Below, in pieces: positions 1 through 8,578 of a stretch of DNA of 64,000 bases (position 1 is its first letter; every line of letters begins with the position of its first letter). The notes under the pieces are model-generated. The model did no database searches and was not told the origin of the DNA. It was given only the letters and a program-made list of their open reading frames with translations. The stretch is from an uncultured Lachnospiraceae bacterium (GTDB taxonomy: Bacteria; Bacillota; Clostridia; Lachnospirales; Lachnospiraceae), in NCBI GenBank assembly GCA_944375815.1, contig CALWBA010000107.1:1083-65082 (forward strand). The letters are read 5' to 3'. The translations under genes were made by a program, and so were the position numbers.

Positions 1-703
1 GCTTCAGAACGTCCTCATCCGGGTCAAGAATCAGCTCGCCGGATACACCGTCAATAATCGCCATTTTCCCGTTCATATCCTCGCTCACACTGATTCCAAT
101 CAGCGCAGGAATATTCATTGTCCTTGCGAGAATCGCTGTGTGAGAATTTGAGGAACCAAGTTCTGTAACGAAGCCAAGCAGCTTTGATTTATCCATCTGA
201 ACAGTCTCACTGGGTGCCAGATCCTTTGCCGCAAGAATTACCGGCTCATCGCCCAGATCTCCGCTGCTGTGTCCTCCGTGAAGGATTCTGACAATGCGCT
301 CAGCAATGTCCTTTATATCTGCGGAACGTGCCCTGAAGTAGTCGTCGTCCATCTCAGCGAACATCTTAGCAAAGTTATCTCCCGTAGCTGCCACCGCATA
401 CTCTGCATTGACAGCCTGAGATTCGATCATATTCTTAATGGAATCATTAAAATCTCCATCTTCGACCATCATCGCGTGAACCTCGAAGATCGCAGCGTTG
501 ACTTCTCCGACTTCCTTAAGCGCCTTCTCATACAGCGCGTTTAACTGAACGACCGCTTCATTCTTCGCCTTCTCAAAGCGTTCCAGCTCTGCCTGAACGT
601 CTTCCACGCTTTTGCGCAGAACAACCTGCTCTTCCTTGGAATAGAACAGAACTTTTCCGATTGCGGTTCCCTTTAAGATTGACTTACCTGCATATCTTTC
701 CAT
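1..703 (-). CDS. ptsI: PTS enzyme I (phosphoenolpyruvate-protein phosphotransferase), N-terminal ~234 codons; the gene continues past the left window edge
   Basis: Own minus-strand translation from ATG 701-703 gives MERYAGKSILKGTAIGKVLFYSKEEQ...LGSSNSHTAILARTMNIPALIG (active-site His loop). Lies directly downstream of ptsH. Missing from the ORF track because there is no stop in the window. Confidence 0.85.
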   Translation of the reverse strand, partial: MERYAGKSILKGTAIGKVLFYSKEEQVVLRKSVEDVQAELERFEKAKNEAVVQLNALYEKALKEVGEVNAAIFEVHAMMVEDGDFNDSIKNMIESQAVNAEYAVAATGDNFAKMFAEMDDDYFRARSADIKDIAERIVRILHGGHSSGDLGDEPVILAAKDLAPSETVQMDKSKLLGFVTELGSSNSHTAILARTMNIPALIGISVSEDMNGKMAIIDGVSGELILDPDEDVLK

Positions 704-730
704 GGGACTGCTCTCCTTTCCTGTTCCAAA

Positions 731-988
731 TTATAAGTTCTCTTTGAAGAACTTCTCCATCTCAGCAATCGCAGTATCTTCATCAGCGCCCTCAGCACTT
801 ACAGTGATCTCTGTTCCTTTCTTAATGCCCATTCCCATAACAGCAAGGAGCTTTCCTGCGTCTGCTTTCTTACCATTTCCCTCGATCGTAATCTTGGACT
901 CGAACTTCTTAACCTCTTTAACCAGTACACCTGCCGGTCTTGCATGGATACCCAGTTCGTCCTGAATTGTGTAAGTAAATGATTTCAT
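731..988 (-). CDS. ptsH: Phosphocarrier protein HPr
   Basis: 85 aa with the His15 signature GIHARPAG and the usual ptsH-ptsI gene order. Position 46 is Lys, not the regulatory Ser (see findings). Confidence 0.9.
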   Translation of the reverse strand: MKSFTYTIQDELGIHARPAGVLVKEVKKFESKITIEGNGKKADAGKLLAVMGMGIKKGTEITVSAEGADEDTAIAEMEKFFKENL

Positions 989-1031
989 AAAAATGTTCTC
1001 CTTTCATATCCGTCATGATATAGCCATTGTA

Positions 1032-2690
1032 CTATTTTTTTCTGTAAAATACCAGACTTTCATACGGTTTTAATATAATTTTTTCATTTTCCAGCTTCCA
1101 GAAATCATAATTCCCTAAAATACGATCATATCCATCTATATTTTCCGGTACCTTCCATTCTATCTCTTTACCATAAAAATTATTGACTACAAGAAGCTCT
1201 TCGCCCTGATATGTTCTCTTATACGCGAACACTGCCGGATCATCCTGAGCCAGCGCTTCAAAATCTCCGTATGCGATAACATCATACTCTTTTCTCATCT
1301 TTACAAGCTTCTGATAGTAACGGAAAATAGAATCCTTGTCTGACAGCTCCGCTTCTGCATTAATCTCGGTATGATTTGGATTCACCTCAATCCACGGCTC
1401 TGCTTCCGTAAATCCGCCATTTATCCCATTTGTCCACTGCATCGGCGTGCGGCTGTTGTCCCTGGAATGAATCTGCAGAATCTGGTACGCATTCTCTGCA
1501 GTCAGCCCTTTCTCCTGCAGAATGCGGAAATGATTCAGGCTCTCCACATCCTTATACTGAGAAATGTCTGTAAATCCCGCATTAGTCATTCCCAGCTCCT
1601 CACCCTGATAGATATAAGGAGTGCCTCGCAGACAGTGAACGACTGTTCCGAGCATTTTTGCAGATTCCTTCCAGTACTTCTCTACGTTTCCAAATCTGGA
1701 AACTACGCGGGGCTGATCATGGTTACACCAGAATACCGCATTCCATGCATTATGCTCCGCCATACCTGTCTGCCAGTCGAAAATGATTTTCTTCAGTTTC
1801 TTAAAATCAAAGGGTAGCATCACCCATTTTTCATTTCCCATGAAATCCACTTTCAGATGGTGAAAGCTGAAAACCATAGACAGCTCATGAGAATCTTCTC
1901 CTGCATACTGATAACAGTTTTCCATGGAAGTACTGGACATCTCTCCTACTGTAATAATCTCAGCGTCAGTTCCGAAGGTCATTTCATTCAATTCTTTTAA
2001 ATACTGATGAATATTGGGCCCATCCGTGTAAAAACGGCGTCCGTCGCCTTCATAGTCATCCTCATATACGCTCTTGCTGATCAGATTTACCACATCAAAG
2101 CGGAAACCTTTAACGCCCTTTCCCATCCAGAATTTCACTACGTTCTGAACCTCCCGGCGGACTTCCGGGTTATCCCAGTTCAAATCAGGCTGGCTGACAT
2201 CAAACAGATGCAGATAATATTCATCAAATTTTTCTACATATTCCCAGGCATTTCCGCCAAACTTGCTCTCCCAGTTGGTAGGCGGCACACCCGGCGCTTT
2301 TCCTTTGCGGAAGATGTAGTAATTTTTATATTTTTCATCCCCTGCCAGAGCTTTCTGGAACCATGCATTTCTGCTGGATGTGTGGTTAAATACCATATCG
2401 AGCATCAGACGGATGCCTCTCTTTTCAGCTTCTCTGGAAAGTTCCTCGAAATCATCCATGGTTCCGTATCTCGGATCAATATTATAGTAATCCTCGACAT
2501 CATATCCATTGTCCTTCTGGGGAGACACAAAAAACGGCGTCATCCAGATATAATCAGCTCCCAGTTCTTTAATATAATCCAGTTTCTCAATAATTCCTCT
2601 CAGATCTCCCAGTCCGTCGCCGTTGGTATCATAAAAAGATTTCGGATAAATCTGATAGACTACGCTTTTCTTAAAATCTGCCATTTTCAT
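1032..2690 (-). CDS. treC: GH13 alpha-glucosidase, probably trehalose-6-phosphate hydrolase
   Basis: GH13 motifs (QIYPKSF, DGLGDLRGI, DMVFNHTS, GFRFDV, GEM, FWCNHDQPR). Lies downstream of a trehalose-type PTS EIIBCA and next to a TreR-like GntR regulator. Start moved to MKMADF (ATG at 2688-2690), preceded by GAAAGGAAAG. Confidence 0.8.
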   Translation of the reverse strand: MKMADFKKSVVYQIYPKSFYDTNGDGLGDLRGIIEKLDYIKELGADYIWMTPFFVSPQKDNGYDVEDYYNIDPRYGTMDDFEELSREAEKRGIRLMLDMVFNHTSSRNAWFQKALAGDEKYKNYYIFRKGKAPGVPPTNWESKFGGNAWEYVEKFDEYYLHLFDVSQPDLNWDNPEVRREVQNVVKFWMGKGVKGFRFDVVNLISKSVYEDDYEGDGRRFYTDGPNIHQYLKELNEMTFGTDAEIITVGEMSSTSMENCYQYAGEDSHELSMVFSFHHLKVDFMGNEKWVMLPFDFKKLKKIIFDWQTGMAEHNAWNAVFWCNHDQPRVVSRFGNVEKYWKESAKMLGTVVHCLRGTPYIYQGEELGMTNAGFTDISQYKDVESLNHFRILQEKGLTAENAYQILQIHSRDNSRTPMQWTNGINGGFTEAEPWIEVNPNHTEINAEAELSDKDSIFRYYQKLVKMRKEYDVIAYGDFEALAQDDPAVFAYKRTYQGEELLVVNNFYGKEIEWKVPENIDGYDRILGNYDFWKLENEKIILKPYESLVFYRKK

Positions 2691-2761
2691 CTTTCCTTTC
2701 TGCTCTGCTGTATGCGAATGAGGACGCAGCACTTTGCCGCGCTGACGCCCTCCGTTCTCTG

Positions 2762-4732
2762 TTAAAATTTAATTACTGCTGTCTCTCCTGCTCTGGCATC
2801 CATCCCTGAGAGATACTGAATGTTGGAGGCATTTCCCTCATCCGTCACCAGGAAAATTGTAGTAGTCGGGTGCCCTGCAGATTTAATCTTTTCCGGATCA
2901 AACCGGATCAGAGGATCATTGCATTTTACCTTGTCCCCTTCTTTAACAAAGAGTTCAAATCCATCACCATTCATGTCCACCGTATCAATTCCAACGTGAA
3001 TCAGAAGCTCTGTTCCATTTGCGAGCGTCAGACCGCAGGCATGTCTGGAATCCTCCATTACCGCACTTACCGTAGCGTCAGCGGGCGCAACTACAGTATT
3101 GTCTGTAGGCTCAATCGCTACACCGTCACCCATTATATGCTGTGAAAATACATCATCCGGAACTTCTTCCAGAGGGATTACTCTGCCGCTTAAGACTGCT
3201 TTTAACTCTGAAGGAGCATCCTCTGTCGGCTGTGCTGCCGTTTCCTTTGGCTGCTCTTCTGTATCTGCAGGCTCTTCTTCGTCTTCTTCTCCTACGAGAT
3301 CTGCTTTGGAAAGCTTTGCCTTACCTATAATAAAGGTAAGCACGAACGGTACTACAATCGCTACTGCCATCGCTGCAAGGAAGATCAGGTAGTACTCTGA
3401 ATAGATAGATAAAATTCCCGGAAGTCCGCCGACGCCGATACTCACTGCACGGACGCCGAATCCTACAGAAATCATCGCAGCAATTGCAGAACCAATCATT
3501 CCGCAGACCAGCGGGAATCCATATTTCAAGTTTACACCGAACAGCGCCGGCTCCGTTACTCCCAGATAACAGGAGATACATGCGGGTACATTGACCTGCT
3601 TTGCACGCTCATTCTTTTTCTGAAGAATGGACATCGCAAGAACACTGGAACCCTGAGCGATATTGCTCAGTGCAATCATCGGCCACAGAATCGTACCTGG
3701 TGTGGAGGTATTCTGCATGTTTGCGATTAACTGTGTATCAATAGCATTTGTCATATGATGCAGTCCTGTCATAACAACGGGTGCATACAGCAGACCAAAC
3801 AGTCCCGCAAAAAGGAATCTTACATTAGAAGTAAGACCTGCGTAGACAACATCTGCAATCACGTTTCCGATCTTCCAGCCGATCGGGCCTACAACCATGT
3901 GTGCGATAAAAACTGCCGGAACCAGAGAACAGAATGGTACAACGATCATACTGATCACTGCGGGACAGTGCTTTCGGAAAAATTTCTCAAGATATACCAG
4001 GACAAATCCTGCCATCATCGCAGCAATAACCTGCCCCTGATAGCCGATCATCTGAACCTTTGCAAATCCGAAATCCCATACAGGTATCTGATCTGCCGGG
4101 GTACTTGCCACACTGAATCCGTTCAGAAGCTGGGAGGATACGAGTGTCAGACCAAGGACAATACCAAGCATCTGAGTAGTTCCCATCTTCTTCGTGATGG
4201 ACCAGACAATTCCTACAGGCAGCAGGTGGAATACTGCTTCACCTATCAGCCACAAAAAGCTGTCCACACCTGCCCAGAACTGTGAAATGTCTACAAGTGT
4301 CTTTGTTCCGTTGTCAAAAAATGCGATGCTGTCAATAATATTTCTGAATCCGAGGATCAAACCTCCGCAGATCAGCGCCGGAATGATAGGAGCAAAAATT
4401 TCTCCAAGGTTACTCATCATCCTCTGCAGCCAGTTCTGATTACCCTTGGCAGCCTGCTTCGCTGCCTCCTTGCTCACGCCCTCAATACCGGAGCAGGCAG
4501 TAAACTCATTGTAAAAAGTCGATACATCATTTCCTATGATTACCTGGTACTGTCCTGCCTGTGTAAATGTTCCCTTTACACATTTGATTTTCTCAATTTC
4601 CTTAGTCTGCGCTTTCTTCTCATCGACCAGGACAAAGCGCATCCTCGTCATACAGTGGGAAACTGCCGAGATATTCTCTTTTCCTCCAATGAGTCTTAAG
4701 AGCTCTCGGACTTCGTTATCATACTTTGCCAT
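2762..4732 (-). CDS. treP: PTS trehalose-family transporter, fused EIIB-EIIC-EIIA
   Basis: EIIB Cys motif SHCMTRMRF, a polytopic EIIC core, and a C-terminal EIIA-Glc domain (LIHVGIDTV). Start placed at MAKYDNEV after AAGGAGG. Confidence 0.85.
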   Translation of the reverse strand: MAKYDNEVRELLRLIGGKENISAVSHCMTRMRFVLVDEKKAQTKEIEKIKCVKGTFTQAGQYQVIIGNDVSTFYNEFTACSGIEGVSKEAAKQAAKGNQNWLQRMMSNLGEIFAPIIPALICGGLILGFRNIIDSIAFFDNGTKTLVDISQFWAGVDSFLWLIGEAVFHLLPVGIVWSITKKMGTTQMLGIVLGLTLVSSQLLNGFSVASTPADQIPVWDFGFAKVQMIGYQGQVIAAMMAGFVLVYLEKFFRKHCPAVISMIVVPFCSLVPAVFIAHMVVGPIGWKIGNVIADVVYAGLTSNVRFLFAGLFGLLYAPVVMTGLHHMTNAIDTQLIANMQNTSTPGTILWPMIALSNIAQGSSVLAMSILQKKNERAKQVNVPACISCYLGVTEPALFGVNLKYGFPLVCGMIGSAIAAMISVGFGVRAVSIGVGGLPGILSIYSEYYLIFLAAMAVAIVVPFVLTFIIGKAKLSKADLVGEEDEEEPADTEEQPKETAAQPTEDAPSELKAVLSGRVIPLEEVPDDVFSQHIMGDGVAIEPTDNTVVAPADATVSAVMEDSRHACGLTLANGTELLIHVGIDTVDMNGDGFELFVKEGDKVKCNDPLIRFDPEKIKSAGHPTTTIFLVTDEGNASNIQYLSGMDARAGETAVIKF

Positions 4733-4784
4733 TCCCCATACCTCCTTATCTTTATCTGCACATTGCTCGTCATCGAGTTTCCGT

Positions 4785-4826
4785 ACTTGTTTGAACAAGT
4801 ACAGCTTATCATGCTTGTTTAAACAT
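4785..4826. promoter_or_regulatory. Two palindromic operator-like sites in the treP/treR divergent region (putative TreR operators)
   Basis: ACTTGTT-TG-AACAAGT at 4785-4800 (7-bp arms). TGTTTAAACA at 4816-4825 (perfect 10-bp palindrome). Both share a CTTGTTT core and lie between treP and treR. Confidence 0.5.
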
Positions 4827-4990
4827 GTCAACGGATTTACTAAAAGGTTATGCGTTTTTCGTATTTTTTCTCCAAAAACAATTCCTCAAATTTGTTGGAT
4901 TTTACTCTGCTTTCGATGCTTGACTTTCCGTGGTTCTTCTTTCATAATAAACTTTAATATGTTTAGACAGGACAGAGAGGATGACACAGC

Positions 4991-5734
4991 ATGCCAAAGA
5001 GCAAGTATTATGCGATTTACCGGGATTTAAAGCAGAAGATTGAAGCTGAAGATTTTGCATATCAGGAGCTTCTGCCCTCAGAAAACAATCTGATCCTCAC
5101 ATACGACTGCTCCCGAAATACCATCCGGCGTGCAATCGGCGAACTGGTGCGCGACGGATATGTGCAGACCCTGCAGGGAAAAGGTGTCCGCAATATATTC
5201 CGCCCGGTAGAACAGACCTCTTACACAATCGGAGGGATTGAGTCCTTCCGTGAAGCGTCTGCCCGCACACATCGCCATGGAGACACAAAGGTCATCTATT
5301 TTATGGAGCTGACTGCCGATGCAAAGATTGAACGGCGTACCGGATTTTCTGCCGGTACCGAACTGTATTATCTGCAGAGACTTCATTATATTGACGGCAA
5401 ACCGCTGATTCTGAATCATAACTATTTTCTCAAAAGTGCTGTACCGGGTCTTACGCCTGAGATCGCCGAGGGTTCTATATACGACTATCTGGAGCATACC
5501 CTTCATATGACGATAGTAAACAGCAAACGCGTCGTGACTGTAGAAAAGATCACTCAAATTGATGAGAAATATCTCGAAATGAATGCCGATGACTATAACT
5601 GTCTCGCTGTAATCAGCAGCCAGACTTTTAACAGTGACGGCGTCATGTTCGAGTATACCGAATCCCGCCACCGCCCGGATTACTTTCGTTTTCAGGACAA
5701 CGCGGTGCGCAGACAGCCTGAAGCAAATGCCTGA
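4991..5734 (+). CDS. treR: GntR/HutC-family repressor with UTRA domain, trehalose operon repressor-like
   Basis: N-terminal GntR wHTH (LPSENNLILTYDCSRNTIRRAIGELVRDGYV) and a UTRA-like C-terminus. Divergent from treP-treC. Confidence 0.8.
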   Translation: MPKSKYYAIYRDLKQKIEAEDFAYQELLPSENNLILTYDCSRNTIRRAIGELVRDGYVQTLQGKGVRNIFRPVEQTSYTIGGIESFREASARTHRHGDTKVIYFMELTADAKIERRTGFSAGTELYYLQRLHYIDGKPLILNHNYFLKSAVPGLTPEIAEGSIYDYLEHTLHMTIVNSKRVVTVEKITQIDEKYLEMNADDYNCLAVISSQTFNSDGVMFEYTESRHRPDYFRFQDNAVRRQPEANA

Positions 5735-5911
5735 ATGCCGGGTAAAGGGAAACCGCAGCGTGCGGCTTCCCTTTTTTTGATCACCGTTTTTTCACATTTT
5801 TATCCCAATTTCATCACACTTCCACTATATTTTTTTCACAGACTTTCTTTATACTATAGCCATAAAAACAAAAAGAAATACAAATCAGACATTCCAAAGG
5901 AGGAATCATAT

Positions 5912-7246
5912 ATGTCAGATTTCAAAGATTATACAGATTACACAGAAAATGAAAATAATGGTTTTGAGATTACAGAGATGCCGAAGCAGAAAAAACCGCA
6001 TAGAAAACTTCCGAAGAAAACTTCCGCTCTTATGAAAAAAGCCGGAGCAATTACATTAAGTGCCATGCTCTTCGGCGGTGTTGCGGCAGGTGCCTTCCAG
6101 GGTGTAAATTATCTGTCCGGCTATAGTACGAATACATCGTCAACAACTCAGCAGACCAGCCTGATCAGAACAACTGCAACCGGCGGTTCCTCAGATGCTG
6201 CAGGAAGCCTTGATGTATCAGACATTGCTTCTGCGGCAATGCCTTCCATCGTATCGATTACTAATAAATCTGTACAGGAAGTTCAGTCCATCTTCAATTC
6301 TTTTGGATACAGCTACCAGCAGCCTCAGACTGAGGAAACAGAAAGCTGCGGTTCCGGTATTATCATCGGAAAGAATGATACCGAGCTCCTGATCGTAACA
6401 AACAATCATGTAATCGAGGGCTCGGATACTTTATCCGTAAGCTTTATCGATAATCAGGTCTGCGAGGCCCAAATCAAGGGTACAGACGCAGACAATGATC
6501 TTGCTGTTATTGCAGTTCCTCTGGACAGCATTTCCTCGGACACTATGTCCAGCATTGCAGTTGCTACTCTTGGAAACTCCGATGAACTGCAGGTCGGCGA
6601 GCAGGTTGTTGCGATCGGAAACGCACTCGGTTACGGTCAGTCCGTGACTACCGGCATTGTCAGTGCCACAAACCGCTCTCTCAGTTCTTCCGAAGACGGT
6701 TCCGCTGACACGAATGCCACCTATATTCAGACTGACGCAGCAATCAATCCGGGCAACAGCGGCGGTGCACTGCTGAACATGAACGGCGAGGTCATCGGTA
6801 TCAATTCTGCAAAACTTGCCTCTACGGAAGTGGAAGGTATGGGTTATGCAATCCCTGTATCAAGGGCAAGCGACATCATTGAGCGTCTGATGAATGAAAC
6901 AACACGCACCAAAGTCTCCGAAGATAATCAGGGAACCCTTGACATACAGTGCAGAGATGTATCCAGCGAGCTGAGCAGCGCTTACGGTATCCCTGAAGGT
7001 ATATATGTTGCTGAAGTCAGCAAAGGAGGCGCAGCTGAGCAGGCTGGTATCAATCAGGGCTATGTGATCACCAAATTCGATGGCAATTCCGTAACCACAA
7101 CGCAGCAGTTAAAAGATAGACTGCAGTATTATGCATCCGGCGAGAAGGTAACCATTACCGTACAGGTTCCTGATAACGGATCCTATTCGGAACAGACACT
7201 TGACATTACGCTTGGAAGCTCTAATACAAATCATGCTGCAGCTTAA
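5912..7246 (+). CDS. htrA: Membrane-anchored HtrA/DegP-family serine protease with C-terminal PDZ domain
   Basis: Catalytic triad contexts TNNHVIEG / DNDLAVI / GNSGGAL. PDZ domain (GIYVAEVSKGGAAEQAGI). One N-terminal TM helix (AITLSAMLFGGVAAGAF). Start moved to MSDFKDY after AAGGAGG. Confidence 0.85.
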   Translation: MSDFKDYTDYTENENNGFEITEMPKQKKPHRKLPKKTSALMKKAGAITLSAMLFGGVAAGAFQGVNYLSGYSTNTSSTTQQTSLIRTTATGGSSDAAGSLDVSDIASAAMPSIVSITNKSVQEVQSIFNSFGYSYQQPQTEETESCGSGIIIGKNDTELLIVTNNHVIEGSDTLSVSFIDNQVCEAQIKGTDADNDLAVIAVPLDSISSDTMSSIAVATLGNSDELQVGEQVVAIGNALGYGQSVTTGIVSATNRSLSSSEDGSADTNATYIQTDAAINPGNSGGALLNMNGEVIGINSAKLASTEVEGMGYAIPVSRASDIIERLMNETTRTKVSEDNQGTLDIQCRDVSSELSSAYGIPEGIYVAEVSKGGAAEQAGINQGYVITKFDGNSVTTTQQLKDRLQYYASGEKVTITVQVPDNGSYSEQTLDITLGSSNTNHAAA

Positions 7247-7269
7247 ACATAGATAACCATTTAATGCAG

Positions 7270-7300
7270 GACGGCACATCCGAAAGGTTGTGCCGTCTTT
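7270..7300 (+). terminator. Intrinsic terminator after htrA
   Basis: GACGGCACA-N10-TGTGCCGTC (9-bp perfect stem) followed by TTT. Confidence 0.7.
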
Positions 7301-7333
7301 AAATGTGAAATAATTCCGTATACCGTTTTATCC

Positions 7334-7361
7334 TTGCATTTTTCTCTGCGTATGCTACACT
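7334..7361 (+). promoter_or_regulatory. Putative sigma-A promoter of the retron transcript
   Basis: TTGCAT (7334-7339), 16-nt spacer, TACACT (7356-7361). The predicted start lies a few nt before repeat a1. Confidence 0.4.
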
Positions 7362-7370
7362 GAAGGTAAC

Positions 7371-7385
7371 ACGCGCAAAGGTACA
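7371..7385 (+). repeat. Retron inverted repeat a1
   Basis: Reverse complement of 7556-7570 except one position, which gives a G-U pair in RNA. Confidence 0.75.
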
Positions 7386-7555
7386 GCGTTCACAGTCTTT
7401 TCTGTGGGGGAAGCGAGTCGCTTTCCTGTTTTTTACTCCGGGACGGCTTCGCCCGCCCTGCGTCAGCTCCGATGTACGGCGGGCATGGACATGCCCGTTC
7501 CCAGCCTTCCGGCTGGTTCAGCACACCTGCACTGTCTTTGGTATCATCTTTTTTG

Positions 7556-7570
7556 TGTACCTTTGTGCGT
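7556..7570 (+). repeat. Retron inverted repeat a2
   Basis: Partner of a1 (7371-7385). Confidence 0.75.
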
Positions 7571-7601
7571 CTGATAATTTACTGACAACTGCGGAGGGAT
7601 T

Positions 7602-8570
7602 ATGCAGATGAATGTATGGAAATATTGCAGCAGAGAACAGGAACAGGCGTTTTTGCTGTCTTTGGATCTTGCCGGAGGGCTTACCGCATCCCGCAAAAAG
7701 CAGGCCGCCCTGCTTTATACACTCTCTAATCATGCCGCAGATCACTACCGGCGTGTCCGCATTCCAAAGAAGAATGGCGGTTTCCGCTCTCTTGACGTAC
7801 CGGATCACCTCTTAAAAACGGTTCAGAAGCGTATTCTGACACAGCTTCTTGAGCAGCTTCCCGTTTCCCCCTGCGCGTGTTCTTACAGAAAGGGAATATC
7901 TCTGCTCGAAAATGTATCACCGCACACGGGAAAACGTTGTGTTCTGAAGCTGGATATTCGAGATTTCTTTGGAAGCATTACTTATATGTCCGTCTACAGT
8001 TTCGCCTTCCCCAGCGAGTTCTTCCCGCCTGCTGTGCGCACACTGCTTACGCATTTATGCTGCCTTCATGACACTCTTCCTCAGGGTGCCCCCACCTCTC
8101 CGTATATATCAAATCTGGTAATGGCCCCCTTTGACCGGCATATGATCAACTGGTGCAAATCCCGCGGCATCACATACACCCGTTACTGTGATGATCTGAC
8201 ATTTTCCGGAGATTTCAACCCAAAAGAGGTAAAGTCATACACCGAAAGTTTTCTGCTGCGTTTAGGTTTTGAACTGAACCAAAACAAAACCCGTTTCTTT
8301 TCCTCATCGCACCGCCAGGAAGTCACCGGGATTGTCGTTAACTCCCGCCCTCATCTCCAAAAAACCTATCGGAGAAAACTTCGTCAGGAATGGTATTTTC
8401 TGAAAAAGTTCGGCCCTGAAGAACATTTGAAACATATGGGGTCTTGCCTTTCCCCGGATAAATACCTGCAAAGTCTGGAGGGACGCATCCGTTATGTGCT
8501 CACCATTGATCCGAATGACAGTGAATTTATAAAGATGCTCCATGAATTGCATTCTTTTCGTTCTTCATAA
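7602..8570 (+). CDS. Retron-type reverse transcriptase (322 aa, stand-alone)
   Basis: RT motifs IPKKNGGFRSL, LDIRDFFGSI, LPQGAPTSPYISNLVM, YTRYCDDLTFSG (YxDD), ELNQNKTRF (NxxKT), and the retron-typical VTG (EVTGIVVN). GGAGGG SD upstream. No fused extra domain. Confidence 0.85.
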   Translation: MQMNVWKYCSREQEQAFLLSLDLAGGLTASRKKQAALLYTLSNHAADHYRRVRIPKKNGGFRSLDVPDHLLKTVQKRILTQLLEQLPVSPCACSYRKGISLLENVSPHTGKRCVLKLDIRDFFGSITYMSVYSFAFPSEFFPPAVRTLLTHLCCLHDTLPQGAPTSPYISNLVMAPFDRHMINWCKSRGITYTRYCDDLTFSGDFNPKEVKSYTESFLLRLGFELNQNKTRFFSSSHRQEVTGIVVNSRPHLQKTYRRKLRQEWYFLKKFGPEEHLKHMGSCLSPDKYLQSLEGRIRYVLTIDPNDSEFIKMLHELHSFRSS

Positions 8571-8578
8571 ATTAAAAA

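Larger units (their letters stand above)
7371..7570 (+). ncRNA. Retron msr-msd non-coding RNA (a1 repeat to a2 repeat)
   Basis: a1 ACGCGCAAAGGTACA (7371-7385) pairs over all 15 nt with a2 TGTACCTTTGTGCGT (7556-7570), with one G-U. An unpaired G (7386) follows a1 directly and is the candidate branching G. msr-like hairpins at 7391-7406 and 7409-7426. GC-rich nested stems at 7438-7516 are the msd candidate. The RT ORF starts 32 nt downstream. Confidence 0.75.

Noticed and set aside
5912-7246. The HtrA-like serine protease as the missing retron effector. It lies on the same strand directly upstream of msr-msd, and protease-type retron partners have been reported.
   Set aside because: It has an N-terminal TM anchor, which places the protease-PDZ module outside the cytoplasm. 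It has its own SD and a strong terminator (7270-7300) before the retron promoter. It looks like the ordinary housekeeping HtrA of Firmicutes. Only a neighbourhood analysis of RT homologs could revive the idea.
7518-7808. A 96-aa minus-strand ORF overlapping the a2 repeat and the RT start.
   Set aside because: It has no SD, is antisense to a well-supported RT gene and ncRNA, and its composition looks like random read-through.
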